The notes under the pieces were generated by a model. It was not told the DNA's origin. It was given only the letters and a program-made list of their open reading frames with translations, and did no database searches. The position numbers and the translations under genes are program-made. This document shows positions 25,101 through 37,312 of a DNA stretch of 64,000 nucleotides, piece after piece (positions within the stretch are counted from its first letter, which is position 1; each line of letters starts with the position of its first letter). Where the stretch lies: contig NC_134026.1 in the NCBI RefSeq assembly GCF_964204645.1, positions 4,611,950-4,675,949 of the forward strand, written 5' to 3'. This DNA comes from Tubulanus polymorphus (lineage: Eukaryota; Animalia; Nemertea).

Positions 25101-28100
25101 GATGAAATCAAACTTTGATTTTTAATTCTAGTTTTCATGAGATAGATTGATTGTCATTAGATTAATGAACTCAAATTGAAAACATGTTATCGTCGATCGT
25201 TAATGATCGTGCCGTACACAGCGGTCGTAATTTTCAATAATGACGTCGAGGAGAAATTCGGTCGATTATTCACGTGAATATCGATGATTTTTTTTTACAT
25301 CACACCTCAATAAACCTGCATTGAATTACAACCAGAACTAGCAATATCCGCATGGTTAGTAGCATTTTCCGGTGGCGAAGAGTCCTCAAACTGTATGAGG
25401 AACTCAAAATGTAACCGATACCGTATATATACACATCCATATCGGTGGAAATAGACGAACACGTTATGGCCAACACGTCCGCAGCAGGCACCGGGGTCCC
25501 TGGCACAATTTCACCCCCAATTTCCGACGAGCGTAAATACTCAAGAAATATACCTCTGATATCGGCTGTTGGGATACGACCGAAACGTTACCAGATCAAC
25601 ATCCTTTTCTCAATCTTCTTACTTTTCAAGCTTTCTATATCGTCTGATGATTTACCATGGACTCTAATAAAACGATTTACAGTCCATGGATTTACGCACG
25701 TACACATATATTCAGTACGTATAAATTCATGACGTAATTGAATAGCATTTTCTAGTGAACATAAGATGGATATACACAAACTTGAGATGCGTGTAGGGGT
25801 TAACAAGAAACGTGGGCCGCACAATAGCCCGATATCGACTGTAAATAACAGCACCCGGAAACAATTTTACGACGATTAAACTGTACGCAATTCGAGTAGA
25901 TTTCAAAGAGACGCTAGCGCCGATTGTACAAAAGGTTGATTTATCATGTAATGTACCGCAAATTTTCAACACTATACTTTCCTTAGATATCGTTCATCGG
26001 CCGCAGTTGAACTATTCTGTTTATCGTTGAAGCGAAGCCACTCACTTCCTCGAAATCGTGTTCGCCGTGTTTCCCGACGATCTTACACGTGTTGAACGAA
26101 AAATGTTTCAGCTAATAACGTTCGAGACCTTTTGAAAACGGATAGATAAAACGTTTGAAAAAGTTAACACGCGGTACAATCATGTTGTCTTTTTGGTGGT
26201 GGAATCTAAAAAAAAATCTTAGATTATTCTTAAAATCTATTCATTGCAGGTTTTATTCGCCCTGAACCAAACCCTGTGGCATCACGAGAATACGCGACAG
26301 AAGAGTAAGCGACCGACGTACAGTTCAGAAGATCTCATTAAACACTACAATTGCGGTGACCTGAACTCGGTTATATTCAATCACGATACGGCTAAAGTTC
26401 CCGATCTCGTCAATTTGTCACACGACGTCAAAGACACAAGAACGGCGAGAAAGATAGACGAATATTTCCGCCAAGAGCTTATTTACAAACGTAACCGAAG
26501 GATGGGAGAACGAGTCATTGAGCTTCTCAAAGCTCATCCCAATAAAAGTTTCATATTTGCATTCGGAGCAGGTATAGTCATCTCGTTATACTTTCTCCCA
26601 AAAATGGACTAAACTTGAATGTGACAATGAATCTTGCTAAAACCTTGGACTCTAAAACGGTCTTCATTTTAGAGGGCATGAATAGATTCATGTATTCCAT
26701 GTGTTCCCGTTAGAACTACTGAGACAACAACATGAGACAATAGGCCTCTTCGGGCTCATTTATCAACCCCATTGTCTCTAACCAAACCGCTTCTGTTTCT
26801 CGTGTTCTTAATCAGGTTCGCCGAATATCAAAGACACCGACAGAAATTTGCCAATTGATTCTTGTCATCTTAATATGAACTTGATCCCTCGGATTGTTAT
26901 CGTCAAGCAAACAATTTTACAGCGCTGAATTTGACTGATTTAATCAGCGTAAAATCGATAACATTTCATCCCTACCTCTCTTTTCTGAAATAGATCTCGA
27001 TTCTAAAACATTCGGTGTACTGCGGAAGGGTCTGGAAAAAATAAAGTCACATAAAAATCGGAAAGAAATAAATTAAGTGACAGAAAAATTGTTTTTTTTA
27101 AATCATGTCCTTACCACACTTCCACAGTGTACCGTTAGTCCAAACTTATATGATAATTTTTTTTCTAGGCCACTTTTTGGGGAATAACACCGTTTTAGAC
27201 CATATGCAACAAAAGGGATTTGAAATAAGTCGCGTCCTATCAACTGACCTCATTCCAGCTCGGTAAGTGTCGCGCGTTGACCCGAATGTTCAAACATCGA
27301 CCAGCTCATAATGAGCTAACAAGGAATAATCGTTTATTCGTTAACGTTTTATTTTCCATATTTGTTTCAGCATTTCAGATACGGAACAGAACGGCCCTCC
27401 GTTATCGGCTAAAATGATCAGCGAACAGTTCAGGCCATTCCGAAAATCCAGGTAAATATGCTGAATTCAATCCGCCTTCAATATCGTGTTAAAGCAAACC
27501 CTCGCCTAACTCGTAACAGCAATATTGATCCGAGGCAAGCGAAGTCCGAGTTATGGATAGGTAAATACGTTAGGAAGTAAGAAAAATGATTTCGAGTTAG
27601 TCAAAAGTCCGTTTTGGCCACGTGCGAGCATTAAAGGCGAGGATTATACCGTAATTAGAAAGCTATGAATGAATGACGATTTCTAGAAGATTTTTTACTA
27701 TTTCTTCGAAATAAAGGAGAAGAATGGATAAACATAAAATGCGACACAGAAAGAAAAAGAAACGAAAGAGAAAGCGTAAAGAACGAGTGAGACCGTTTGA
27801 TTTCGGCGCTAATTTCAACGATCTTTGGGTTCGGCTCGACCCTAATAGGTAATTAACAGACATCGGTGCTCGTTAGAAATGATTTGAATATTTCAATACT
27901 GTATACATTTATCGGACTAATTTAGTATTAATTTTCTAGTTAGAAACGTCTAGAAGAACAAATAGATATAGTAATTGAAATCATCTCGGCTAGTGCAAAA
28001 ATAAATTCGATTGGATTGTGATTAATGAGATACAATTAATTGTAGATACATTGATACTTTCAATTATATATAGAAGTATCAGATGAACTCCATTTCGAAA

Positions 28101-28289
28101 TACAAACATAATTCTATTTTCATTTTTTCCCGATTTTATTTCAGCCCGATTTTCAAACCAGTTCCGCAGTCAACACCGAGGCCGGCCACGTTGGTGAAGC
28201 ATCGCAACAGCAACAACGGTTCTAGCCACCACCATCTATCGTTACTGCGACTAATCGTGCTAGCCGTACTAATCGCAACGGCTCTATAA
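16141..28289 (+). CDS. TIKI: TIKI (TRABD2A/B-like) TraB-family Wnt-inactivating metalloprotease, 7 coding exons, ~485 aa
   Basis: Exons 16141-16260, 19474-20037, 26250-26571, 27169-27262, 27371-27451, 27717-27848, 28145-28289 join in frame. Signal-peptide-like N-terminus; LNSFLWTI...[88 protein letters not shown]; hydrophobic C-terminus. Confidence 0.93.
19172..19357. mobile_element. Degenerate GGGGCGGATCCAG-type MITE; related relics at ~29280-29670 and ~58735-58768
   Basis: caggggcggatccagg at 19172 and a weak reverse end ctgggcccgctcctg; ccccggatccacgcctg near 58752; caggggcgaatc near 29280. Confidence 0.4.
20406..25119. promoter_or_regulatory. Cluster of TCF/LEF (CTTTGAT) sites in TIKI intron 2
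   Basis: CTTTGAT/ATCAAAG at ~20408, 20604, 20647, 22190, 23468, 24932, 25043 and 25113; GCCGC Helper-like motifs beside two of them. Confidence 0.55.
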
Positions 28290-28599
28290 ATTCTGAATAG
28301 AATGCCGAACTGCATCGCGGAATATTGCGGGTGAAATATATATACATAAATACAGAGAAAACTGAAATAACATTTGAAAAACGAGAGAATGCCTTATTAT
28401 TAAATATACGGGTGTGATACATTCCTTTCGCAGTGGAATGATTGGAAAGGCCTGTAAACTACGTTGAGGGTAAAACTCAATGATTATTAGTGATATACAT
28501 ATTTTCTATACACGAATACGGGTGCAAAATAATGAGTCCTATATTCTTGTATTATTTGTTGTAACTTTTACTCGAGAATATGTGGTAAATATATTGAAT

Positions 28600-28602
<3 letters not shown>

Positions 28603-28669
<67 letters not shown>
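28603..28669. repeat. (TA)n microsatellite
   Basis: Pure TA run just downstream of the TIKI stop codon. Confidence 0.95.
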
Positions 28670-28671
<2 letters not shown>

Positions 28672-28817
28672 TTTGCGTCGCTGTATATGATACGAAACTG
28701 TAATCTAATCTAAATATGGGAATAAATTGTGCGAAAAAAAAACAATTTCCGCGCAAGAAGATTATATCTAGAAGATCCTACAATAATTTCAAAAAGACGA
28801 AATGTTCCGTAAAAAGT

Positions 28818-28930
<113 letters not shown>

Positions 28931-31824
28931 GCGTTTTATCGTTGAGAATATTCCAGCGGATATTTGGACTTATTGTGGGATTTCCTATTTGTGGGAATAT
29001 ATTATATATTGTGATAAACAAATCTTATAGAATGTTATCGATCTATCCAAGGTACTCCGACAGATCCGATTTATCATCGTATTATATATATACATATTAA
29101 CTTATTGTTCAAATTTGAGGAAAAGGAATAATAAATAAGAAAAGTAAAATTAAAGATCGTCTTAGTCGTTTTCTGTCCCCGTCTCGGATAACGGTAGCCA
29201 GTAACCTGACTGTGGTTTTTAGTTGTTAAAGCTTACCACCAACGATTAGGTAACTAACTAGGATAACAGATGCATGGTACAGGGGCGAATCGAAAGGGAA
29301 ATGTTTCTCAATCCAGAACCAAGCTGCCCTCTATATATCAATACCTTTAGCACGAACATTCTTAAACGACTGAGAGACTGCATGGTCATGCGTGCCGACC
29401 ACCATACTCTGCCCAGGTACGGATCTAGGAAAATTAAAAAACCGGGGTCTAGAAGAAAATTGAAATTACGTCTCAGATATAGTAACTATGTCAAAGGCCT
29501 CTATCCACCCCCTGTTTCAGATATCTTTGAAGAAATAATTGCCAAAAGATGCATTTACGAGACCGAGGACAACGACGTCAAACTTGCAGGTTTTAACGAC
29601 CTCTGTCTTGCCGAAGAGGGAAGGCAGGGGCCTGGACCCCGAGACCACCCCCTAAAACTGTCTTTGCTTGCGTAGATGTTACATTTCACTGGTGTAACTC
29701 TGTCAATTGCAAACGATGCCAAATTCACAACAACTCGATTGTATAAAAATAAAAACAAATTTCAATCAATCGACATAAAAAACCAATTTCTCGTGCAAGT
29801 ACCTAATTTCTCATTTCACTATAAGACGCCATTTTTAGTGCGAATATTCATTAATCTCGTACTTGCAAGTAAAATGATTACTGATTTGCTGAAATGAAGT
29901 CAAGGGCTTGTATACCTAATATACGAAATGCATTTATTCAAAAGTATAGCCCATCAGCAGCGATAGAAGGACGCCACTCGTGCTAATCACGTGATTAAAA
30001 TAGTGTAGTGGCAAAGTGAGCAATTAACTATTAATGCTTTATTCATCCGCAGATGAGGATTCTGTTTCATATCATACGCGATGAAATAACATCCATTTTA
30101 TGTATATTGTAGCATTCATGTATAAAAACTGAAACTGAATAAAACCACGTCTGTTTTAGAGACAATTTCCGAAAGAAGCGATGACTAATGATAAATTGTG
30201 CAGAATGATATATCTTCCTTATGGAATATACCAAAGCTAATGTCAAAATTATTACATGTACGTATAGGCATACGTGTTCATAATACAACTTGTCGAGGGT
30301 TTCACGAATCGAAAAGAAAATACTTTCTTCGATATCTGTCGCTGCCGTCGCTCATTGAAGTGCTTGTAAATGTCCAGAATGTCAATTTGATGATTGCTTG
30401 AAGAACCATTATTACACATTCGGGGACGAGTAGATCGGCTGCTGATGATACGCGATAGGCGCTTGAATATAAATATGTATACATCCGTTTCGAACGATGT
30501 GTGCAAACACATCATGATGAGAATTGAATTCTAATTGATACGTGTGAATTGAAAAATTCCAATTAGATGATAGACTACCGTTCATTTCGTTCATACACGA
30601 CTGCAGAATTGCGTATATAACATCAGCGTTTGCTCATGTTGCCTCGACAGAATTTAATCCGGGATACGGTGCGTTATTTCTAGAAGCTGACGCTTGAACA
30701 GAGAGTATATTTATATATACATGAGAACGCAACTGCTATGTCTACGGAGGAATAGACGTGCCAGGGAATATCATTAGTAAGTATACATCACTCTTTTAGC
30801 TTCTTCTGCTATTTCAAAATTCGCACCGTGTGGTTGTGGAGGATTCGAAGTTGCGATGTTATTTTTTCATCATCCTGTCTCGTGTGAAGGAAGGACTGTC
30901 GTGGGGCAGCCATTTGCAGACGAACAGTTTTCACCTGTTACGGTATTACGGTTCGCAAAGATACCGTCTTGAAACGAAAACCTGAATAAAGACGACGTCA
31001 AGCAAACCACGCAATTATTGTACTCTTTTAGATGTATTTCTTAAAAAATATCGAACATAATTTTCAGAGGGAACTAGAACTTAATGATCCGTCAATAGAT
31101 GAAAATGTGTTAATCTTTAAACTAGATGTAAAATTTTTTTATATATATTCATATATATTTATATATTCATATAAATTATTTGATATTCATATAAAATTAC
31201 AGCATCTTGTTCAAGCAACAACGTGCATTGATATGAAAAAATAGAATACGAACTACCGAGGAAAACTGCTGGAATTAAAGCGATTTATAGTTTCCTGTAT
31301 TGCACTGCAAAATAGCAAGAGTGCACATAATCATTCGATATCGGCGAAAATGCTTCAGTTGTGTGTGCGTTAGTTAATGAATAATTAACTACCTATAGAA
31401 CAGCTTTATTATATTGTCAATAACAGAAACTTCATTCAACGTGCATATCTTCTTACAACCAGTATGATGTTGAGTGAAGATTCCACGCCGAACGACCATA
31501 ATATTTGCAAGCGAAGTAAATGAGGCCCTCCCTCGGCGGTCATTCTTATATCATTAGACTAACGCTTATCTTATCAAAATGATCCTAATCTCATTAATAC
31601 ACTCATGCTCGTTCCAGAATGATATGAAATAAATTCGTTTTCGACATTATGAGTCACAAAAAAATGAAATTTTAATTTACGTTTGGAGCACTCGATGCTG
31701 AATATCACTGAAATGCATGAGTTAAATCGAATTCCCAGATTTTTTTTCGAATGAATTTTATGAGTTGAAAACGGCGTGCGTTGTTATAGGAATGATAATT
31801 GGTTGCATTGGAAGCGAAAAAAAG

Positions 31825-33321
31825 TTAATCCCTTAACTGAACTGAAACAGTGAATGGTTTTGGTTTCGTAATGAATCTAGGTTCGGTTGTGAAATTGGGC
31901 GTGGGCTTTTCTCTATCAACACCGAACGTAAACTTTTGAAGCAATGATGCGAAAAAAATGAACAGCTCCATTTTAGCCAATGATTCGCCGAGACATGATC
32001 GCTTTCCTATTGAAAAAGGAATGAAATTATCGCGCTGTAGTAAATTTCCTTTTTCGTCGAGGAAATTCCCTTCGGGGTCGAATTCATCGGGATTTGGCCA
32101 GGCATTCGGATCCCGCATTATATTGATAGAAGAATACATAATTATGCTCTGTGCCGGGATGTCGTAGTCGAGAAGTTTCACCTGAACCGGGTTAGCACGC
32201 GCTATGCCTATCGGAAATATATAGAAGTATCGCTGGATTTCGTTCAATACGGCTGAAGTATAAGGAAGCCTCGCTTTATCCGCCATGGTTGGACTGCGGC
32301 TTCGCGGTACATTTCGGTCGATTTCGGCTTGGACTTTTCGTTGTACGGCTGGTTTCAGTACCATGGCCAGAATCGTCCATCGTAGAGTCGTAGTGGTGGT
32401 TTCTGTTCCGGCGATGAATAGATCGAGGATCACCTGTACGAGTTGTCTCTCCCTAAACAAAACGTTTGTCTCGTCCTCTGCTTTACACGCAGCGCTGTAA
32501 GCAGCGATGAAATCGTTAACATGATGTACTTGGAATCCTTCTTTATGTTCGTCAACGCGCTTTTGAATGTACGACTTTAAATCCGCGATAGATTTCTTGA
32601 CTCGATGATAGTGGAACCGGTCACCGGGGAGATACTTCAACCAAGGAAAAAAATTCAGTATTTGCATTTTCGATACTTGGTCCATCGTTTCGTTAATAAG
32701 CGACCTCAACCAATCGAAAGTTTCATCACCGTATTCGAAACGATTGCCAAAACACACACTACAAATGATGTTCGACACTGACGTTTCCAGTAATGAACAT
32801 ATATCGAACCCGCCTGTTCCTACAGCGTTAATTAATTCGTTTTCGAGATAATGAAATTCCTCGTGGATCCTATTCTCTATCACAATCTTACCCAAGCCGA
32901 AATCTCGTAGGACCTTTAACGCTAAACGACGATGCACTTTCCAAAGTTCTCCGGACGACGAAATGATGCCGTGGTTATCGAACAGTTCGTTCGCAATTGT
33001 CAGCGGCCTGGAGTTGAAATCGCCGCTCAGGAAGGCTCGTCGCAACAATTTGTAACGGTAGAAAATAACCAAGTGCCTATTGAATAGGCGCAAGTGAACG
33101 ATATCCGTTTGACAGGTTGACTTAAAACTACGTATGTTTTTGTGTATGTTTGCCAGTTTGCGAATAGAGAATACATTTCCGAGCAGTGGTAATCCTGTCG
33201 GACCCGGCGGTAGATTGAGCGGTTTTGATATGTAACGAGTGATAAACCAAAGAATTACAATCAGCAATACACACGCAATAGTCTGGTTTCCAGCAATAAA
33301 CTCCAGCAAATTTACCAACAT
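31825..33321 (-). CDS. Cytochrome P450, clan 2 (CYP2-like), intronless CDS, 498 aa
   Basis: N-terminal anchor plus PPGPTGLPLLGN; WxxxR (WKVHR); I-helix DLFIAGTETTTTTL; ExxR (EIQR); heme motif PFSIGKRSCLGESLAKMELF. Confidence 0.96.
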   Translation of the reverse strand: MLVNLLEFIAGNQTIACVLLIVILWFITRYISKPLNLPPGPTGLPLLGNVFSIRKLANIHKNIRSFKSTCQTDIVHLRLFNRHLVIFYRYKLLRRAFLSGDFNSRPLTIANELFDNHGIISSSGELWKVHRRLALKVLRDFGLGKIVIENRIHEEFHYLENELINAVGTGGFDICSLLETSVSNIICSVCFGNRFEYGDETFDWLRSLINETMDQVSKMQILNFFPWLKYLPGDRFHYHRVKKSIADLKSYIQKRVDEHKEGFQVHHVNDFIAAYSAACKAEDETNVLFRERQLVQVILDLFIAGTETTTTTLRWTILAMVLKPAVQRKVQAEIDRNVPRSRSPTMADKARLPYTSAVLNEIQRYFYIFPIGIARANPVQVKLLDYDIPAQSIIMYSSINIMRDPNAWPNPDEFDPEGNFLDEKGNLLQRDNFIPFSIGKRSCLGESLAKMELFIFFASLLQKFTFGVDREKPTPNFTTEPRFITKPKPFTVSVQLRD

Positions 33322-34622
33322 GTTGTTTCATTCGAAGGTTTAAAGACACTCGACTGGTTTTATATTATATTATATACATATATATGAATATTTAGGTCGC
33401 ATACCTATTACTAATTGCTGTTCTATGGATTTTTACAAAAATTTGTAAAACCTGGTGTACAATAGACCATGCAACTAGTCAGGCAGGTCGGATCATATTG
33501 CCAGGAAGTGCTTCATTTGGACATTCACTTCGATGGATCGAGACAAAAAAATCTATTCATAATCTTCAATGAGCATTCGTATTTTCTTCAGGAAATCATT
33601 TTAAGTTCGGACATTCTTTTTGAAAATAAATTACCGAAAATATCAAGATCACTTATTTAGATCATTCATTTGAATGTTGAACGAGACGAATTAACAATAA
33701 TTTCCGACTACTTTTCAGTGGGAATTCCCTCAAAAAGTTTTCTCAGAGTAAGACTTAATAAGTTAACCCTTTAGATGCAGATATAAATGTATATGATAAA
33801 TAGCTGGCGAGGCCGTGATATTGTGGCTTTTGATAAATATGACTTTCTAAGTGCTATATACCATACGTACATTTCAATGAACCTTCGGTACAGTCTTTAT
33901 TTCGTCCTTATTAATTGTAATATTCATTTTAACCCCGAGAAGTGACTCTTCGGTACGATCTTTATTACTTTTTCCATCCTAACCTCAAGAAGTAGAGATA
34001 TTGGTTCGAAGTTAACCTCGAGTATAGACAGTACTTACTGTGTATCTCAATGACTCTTGGTTCTGCAGTATTTCTCTCGAAATCGCGAAGTAAACGATAT
34101 TGGTTCGAACCGCGCGCTTTGAACTCTTACATATGCAGCCATTTTTATTGGCGAGTTTCCACATGATTGTGATTTAGATTGTGGCAGCATTTATCTTTCA
34201 ATGATCGTTTGACATACCACTGACCCTATGTGTAGTGATTTCTGACAAAATATGCCATTGCTGACTGTAAAACAATCCCATAACGCATACACTATCAGTA
34301 CTTATGTAGACAACATATGCGACAAATAGTGGCGTTTATATGTGCATGCGTTATGTTCGAAGCTTATTACCATTTCCAATAAAACCTACAAGCTATGTGC
34401 TAGATGCGGAATACCCTTACGTAAGGATTTGAATACTGTGTGCATCATGGCGGAGCTTAGATACCGAGGAACGCTGACTTCTACGTCAGATAGGTTGCCG
34501 GTGGTACGTTACGGGTTCACATCTATTGATGCAAGGGTCAGTCATGCCTTGCCGAAGTAAAATGATATCATGGTGAATGGTTTTTTGCTTATTTCCAGGG
34601 CGACAGGCACGAGTCACCCATC

Positions 34623-36383
34623 ATGACGCCGAAATCCAACGCAGCCACCACGGCGAAGAACATCGTTACCTCAGCGGCGCAAAAACCGATAGATCTAATG
34701 ATACGAATAAATCAAATTCTGAGAGCCATATTTCGGGCCGTAAAATCTACAGTAGGGCTGCTCATTATTCTGGGCATATACAGCGTAATAGGGGCATACC
34801 TTTTCAGATATTTAGAAGGCGACGAAGAGACTGTCGAAATAGAGCAATATAGTCTGAACAGAGAGGGGCTACTCGGGAATCTGACCGTAGTTCTGCAGCG
34901 CGGAGATCTTGCAGAGGCGCACAAGCTGATAATCAGCTACGAACAACAGCTGAAGAAATTTTTCGAGCATGGTTTAAATGCAGAGAAGATGGAGCAAGGA
35001 CCAACTTGGACGTTTATGGGTTCGTTGGTCTATTGTATCACAGTTTATACGACCATCGGTAAGCGACTATAACTATCCCGGGAATATCTTCAAACCGTAC
35101 TGACATCAATGTGCATTCCTATCACGTCACCCAATAGCGCTTGGCTTCACAATCTATGCATCACATATCTCCAGAAATTCAATACGCTTTTTCTAGTCTG
35201 GTGATGAATGCCGTATAGTTCGCCTGCCAAGTGATGAGGAATAACTATTTTAAAGAAATTGACATGGGCGCATTTTCCTTAATCATCTTATCTGATCCAG
35301 TGATCTCTTAACTTATCTCGTTTCTTTTTTTTTTCTTTGTCAGGGTACGGACATATTGCTCCAAACACGGACGGCGGGCGAGTAGCAACGATAATCTACG
35401 CTTTAATTGGAATTCCCTTGTGTCTCATAATCCTGGCTGATCTCGGGAAACTGATCACTCGCGCTATCAAATTCGTCTGGGCATTTGTGCGTCGATTTTA
35501 TTACACCGGAAACTGCCAGAAACTGCGTAGAAAAGCTGCGGCCGGTCAGGCGAAATTTATCCGCCGGAAAGATAGCGACGAAGCGAACGATGACGATGAC
35601 GTGGACGACGATGAGATGGGTGACGATGAAAAGGGCGAAGATGTTTATGAGATTGATGATGAATTCAATCTGCCAGTCCCTATTGCGTTGATAGTTGTCC
35701 TAGCCTATCTTTTCGATGGTACATTCATGTATTTAGGCTGGGAAGATTGGGGTTACTTGGAGGCTTTGTATTTCGTGTTCATATCCGTGAGCACAATAGG
35801 TTTCGGCGACGTCCTTCCTAACGATCAGAGAATGTTCTTTTTTTCGATGTTTTATATTTTCATCGGACTTTCACTCATATCAATGACGATCAACGTATTC
35901 ATCGAATTCTTCGATGAATTGATATCGAATATGAAAACGAAAGCCGGCAACTTTGCGAAGAATCGACTAGGTATAGACTTCGAGAAAATCGGCAGTGGTG
36001 GGAGTGGTGGGAGCGGGGAGGGCTCCGACAAGAAAAACAAAAGCGAAGATGAAGTGAAATTACCACCGCCGCAGTCCGATCTAACCGAAACTCACCGTCA
36101 ACTGGAAACAGTTTCTGAACAACAGAACGACGACCGCGATAGATCTCGATCTCGCTCGGTATCGATTGAGAATGAATTGGAGCAAACACCGGACAAACCG
36201 CGTTCCCGATCAGAATCGCAAGACGAATGCGGTGACGACTCGACGGATAAATCGCGCTCGGTGTCCATCGAAGCGGAGGTGCCTTCTCATCAGCCAGATT
36301 CTGATCGCCTTTCCGACTACGATACAAACGTTCTTCTCCGAAAAAGAGAACGCGATTCCGTTCATGTCCCATCGGATGAATAG
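34623..36383 (+). CDS. Two-pore-domain (K2P, TWK/TRESK-like) potassium channel, 2 coding exons, ~491 aa
   Basis: Exons 34623-35058 and 35344-36383 join at TTIG|YG (P1); P2 STIGFGD; M2 TIIYALIGIPLCLIILADLG. An acceptor ending at 34598 is followed by an open frame, so an upstream exon is likely. Confidence 0.92.
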
Positions 36384-37312
36384 CGGGAGGTCAACGCGCG
36401 TTTTTATCTGCAGTTTTTTGCGCTAATATTTGCGCGCATTTTTTAACCATCATTAATTCATTTTCCCGATGAGCCGTTTTTAAACACTTCCCTCAATTGT
36501 CAGAAGAATATTGCCGGCAATGTTTCATATATTTACATCATACATTATACGTGACTGTAAATGGATATCAAGTTAACAGTTTTTGAATAATCGATATGTG
36601 ATGTAAGTAGATCGCTTCCTTCTTGGAAACATTTGACTTATTAATTCAGGCACGCAATCCCTTTATGAAGGAACACCACGTTCGCGCATTTCAAGATTTG
36701 ACCGCGTATTTTAAAAATGTCTTTTAGTACGAACTTGTGTATTTAGATTTGCTTAGAATAAAAATCTTATTATGTAGTTTTGTTCCATTCGTCACATTTT
36801 GGTTCGTATATCGTGTAATATGTACATTGAAATGTCACCAAAGACTGGCGCAATAAATTAGCTTGATAAGTAGATCGGCAGACACAGATCGTGTCGTTTG
36901 ACAGCACCGAGCCGAAGGGTCCATCAATCCTATCGCACTTCGTTGGAGCGTATCTGACCACATAACTCGAGGTGTACGAGGAGTGTATCGAGTCGGAAAA
37001 TGGAATTAGAAACTTTTTTAGTTCGAGATTTTGACAATTTTATTGCTTTAAGTCTACAAAATAACGGATAGAAAAAATTCGTCCTTATCAACACAATATA
37101 TTATTGACTGATAACATAATTCGACGTAGGTGTAGGCATATATGTTTCTATTACAATTCTTTCTTTGTGGAGAGGTGCCGAAATACTTGCGAATGTTTAC
37201 ACGTGGATCTAGGCTACATTAGTATTTATCTTCTTGGAACGTTTTTTCATTATCAATATTGAGAGAAACTGCAGTGAAAAGTGAATCTAAAACACGACTT
37301 TCGAATTAAAAG

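Noticed and set aside
29274-29675. 133-aa ORF
   Set aside because: No domain; overlaps a degenerate GGGGCG(G/A)ATC-type MITE relic.
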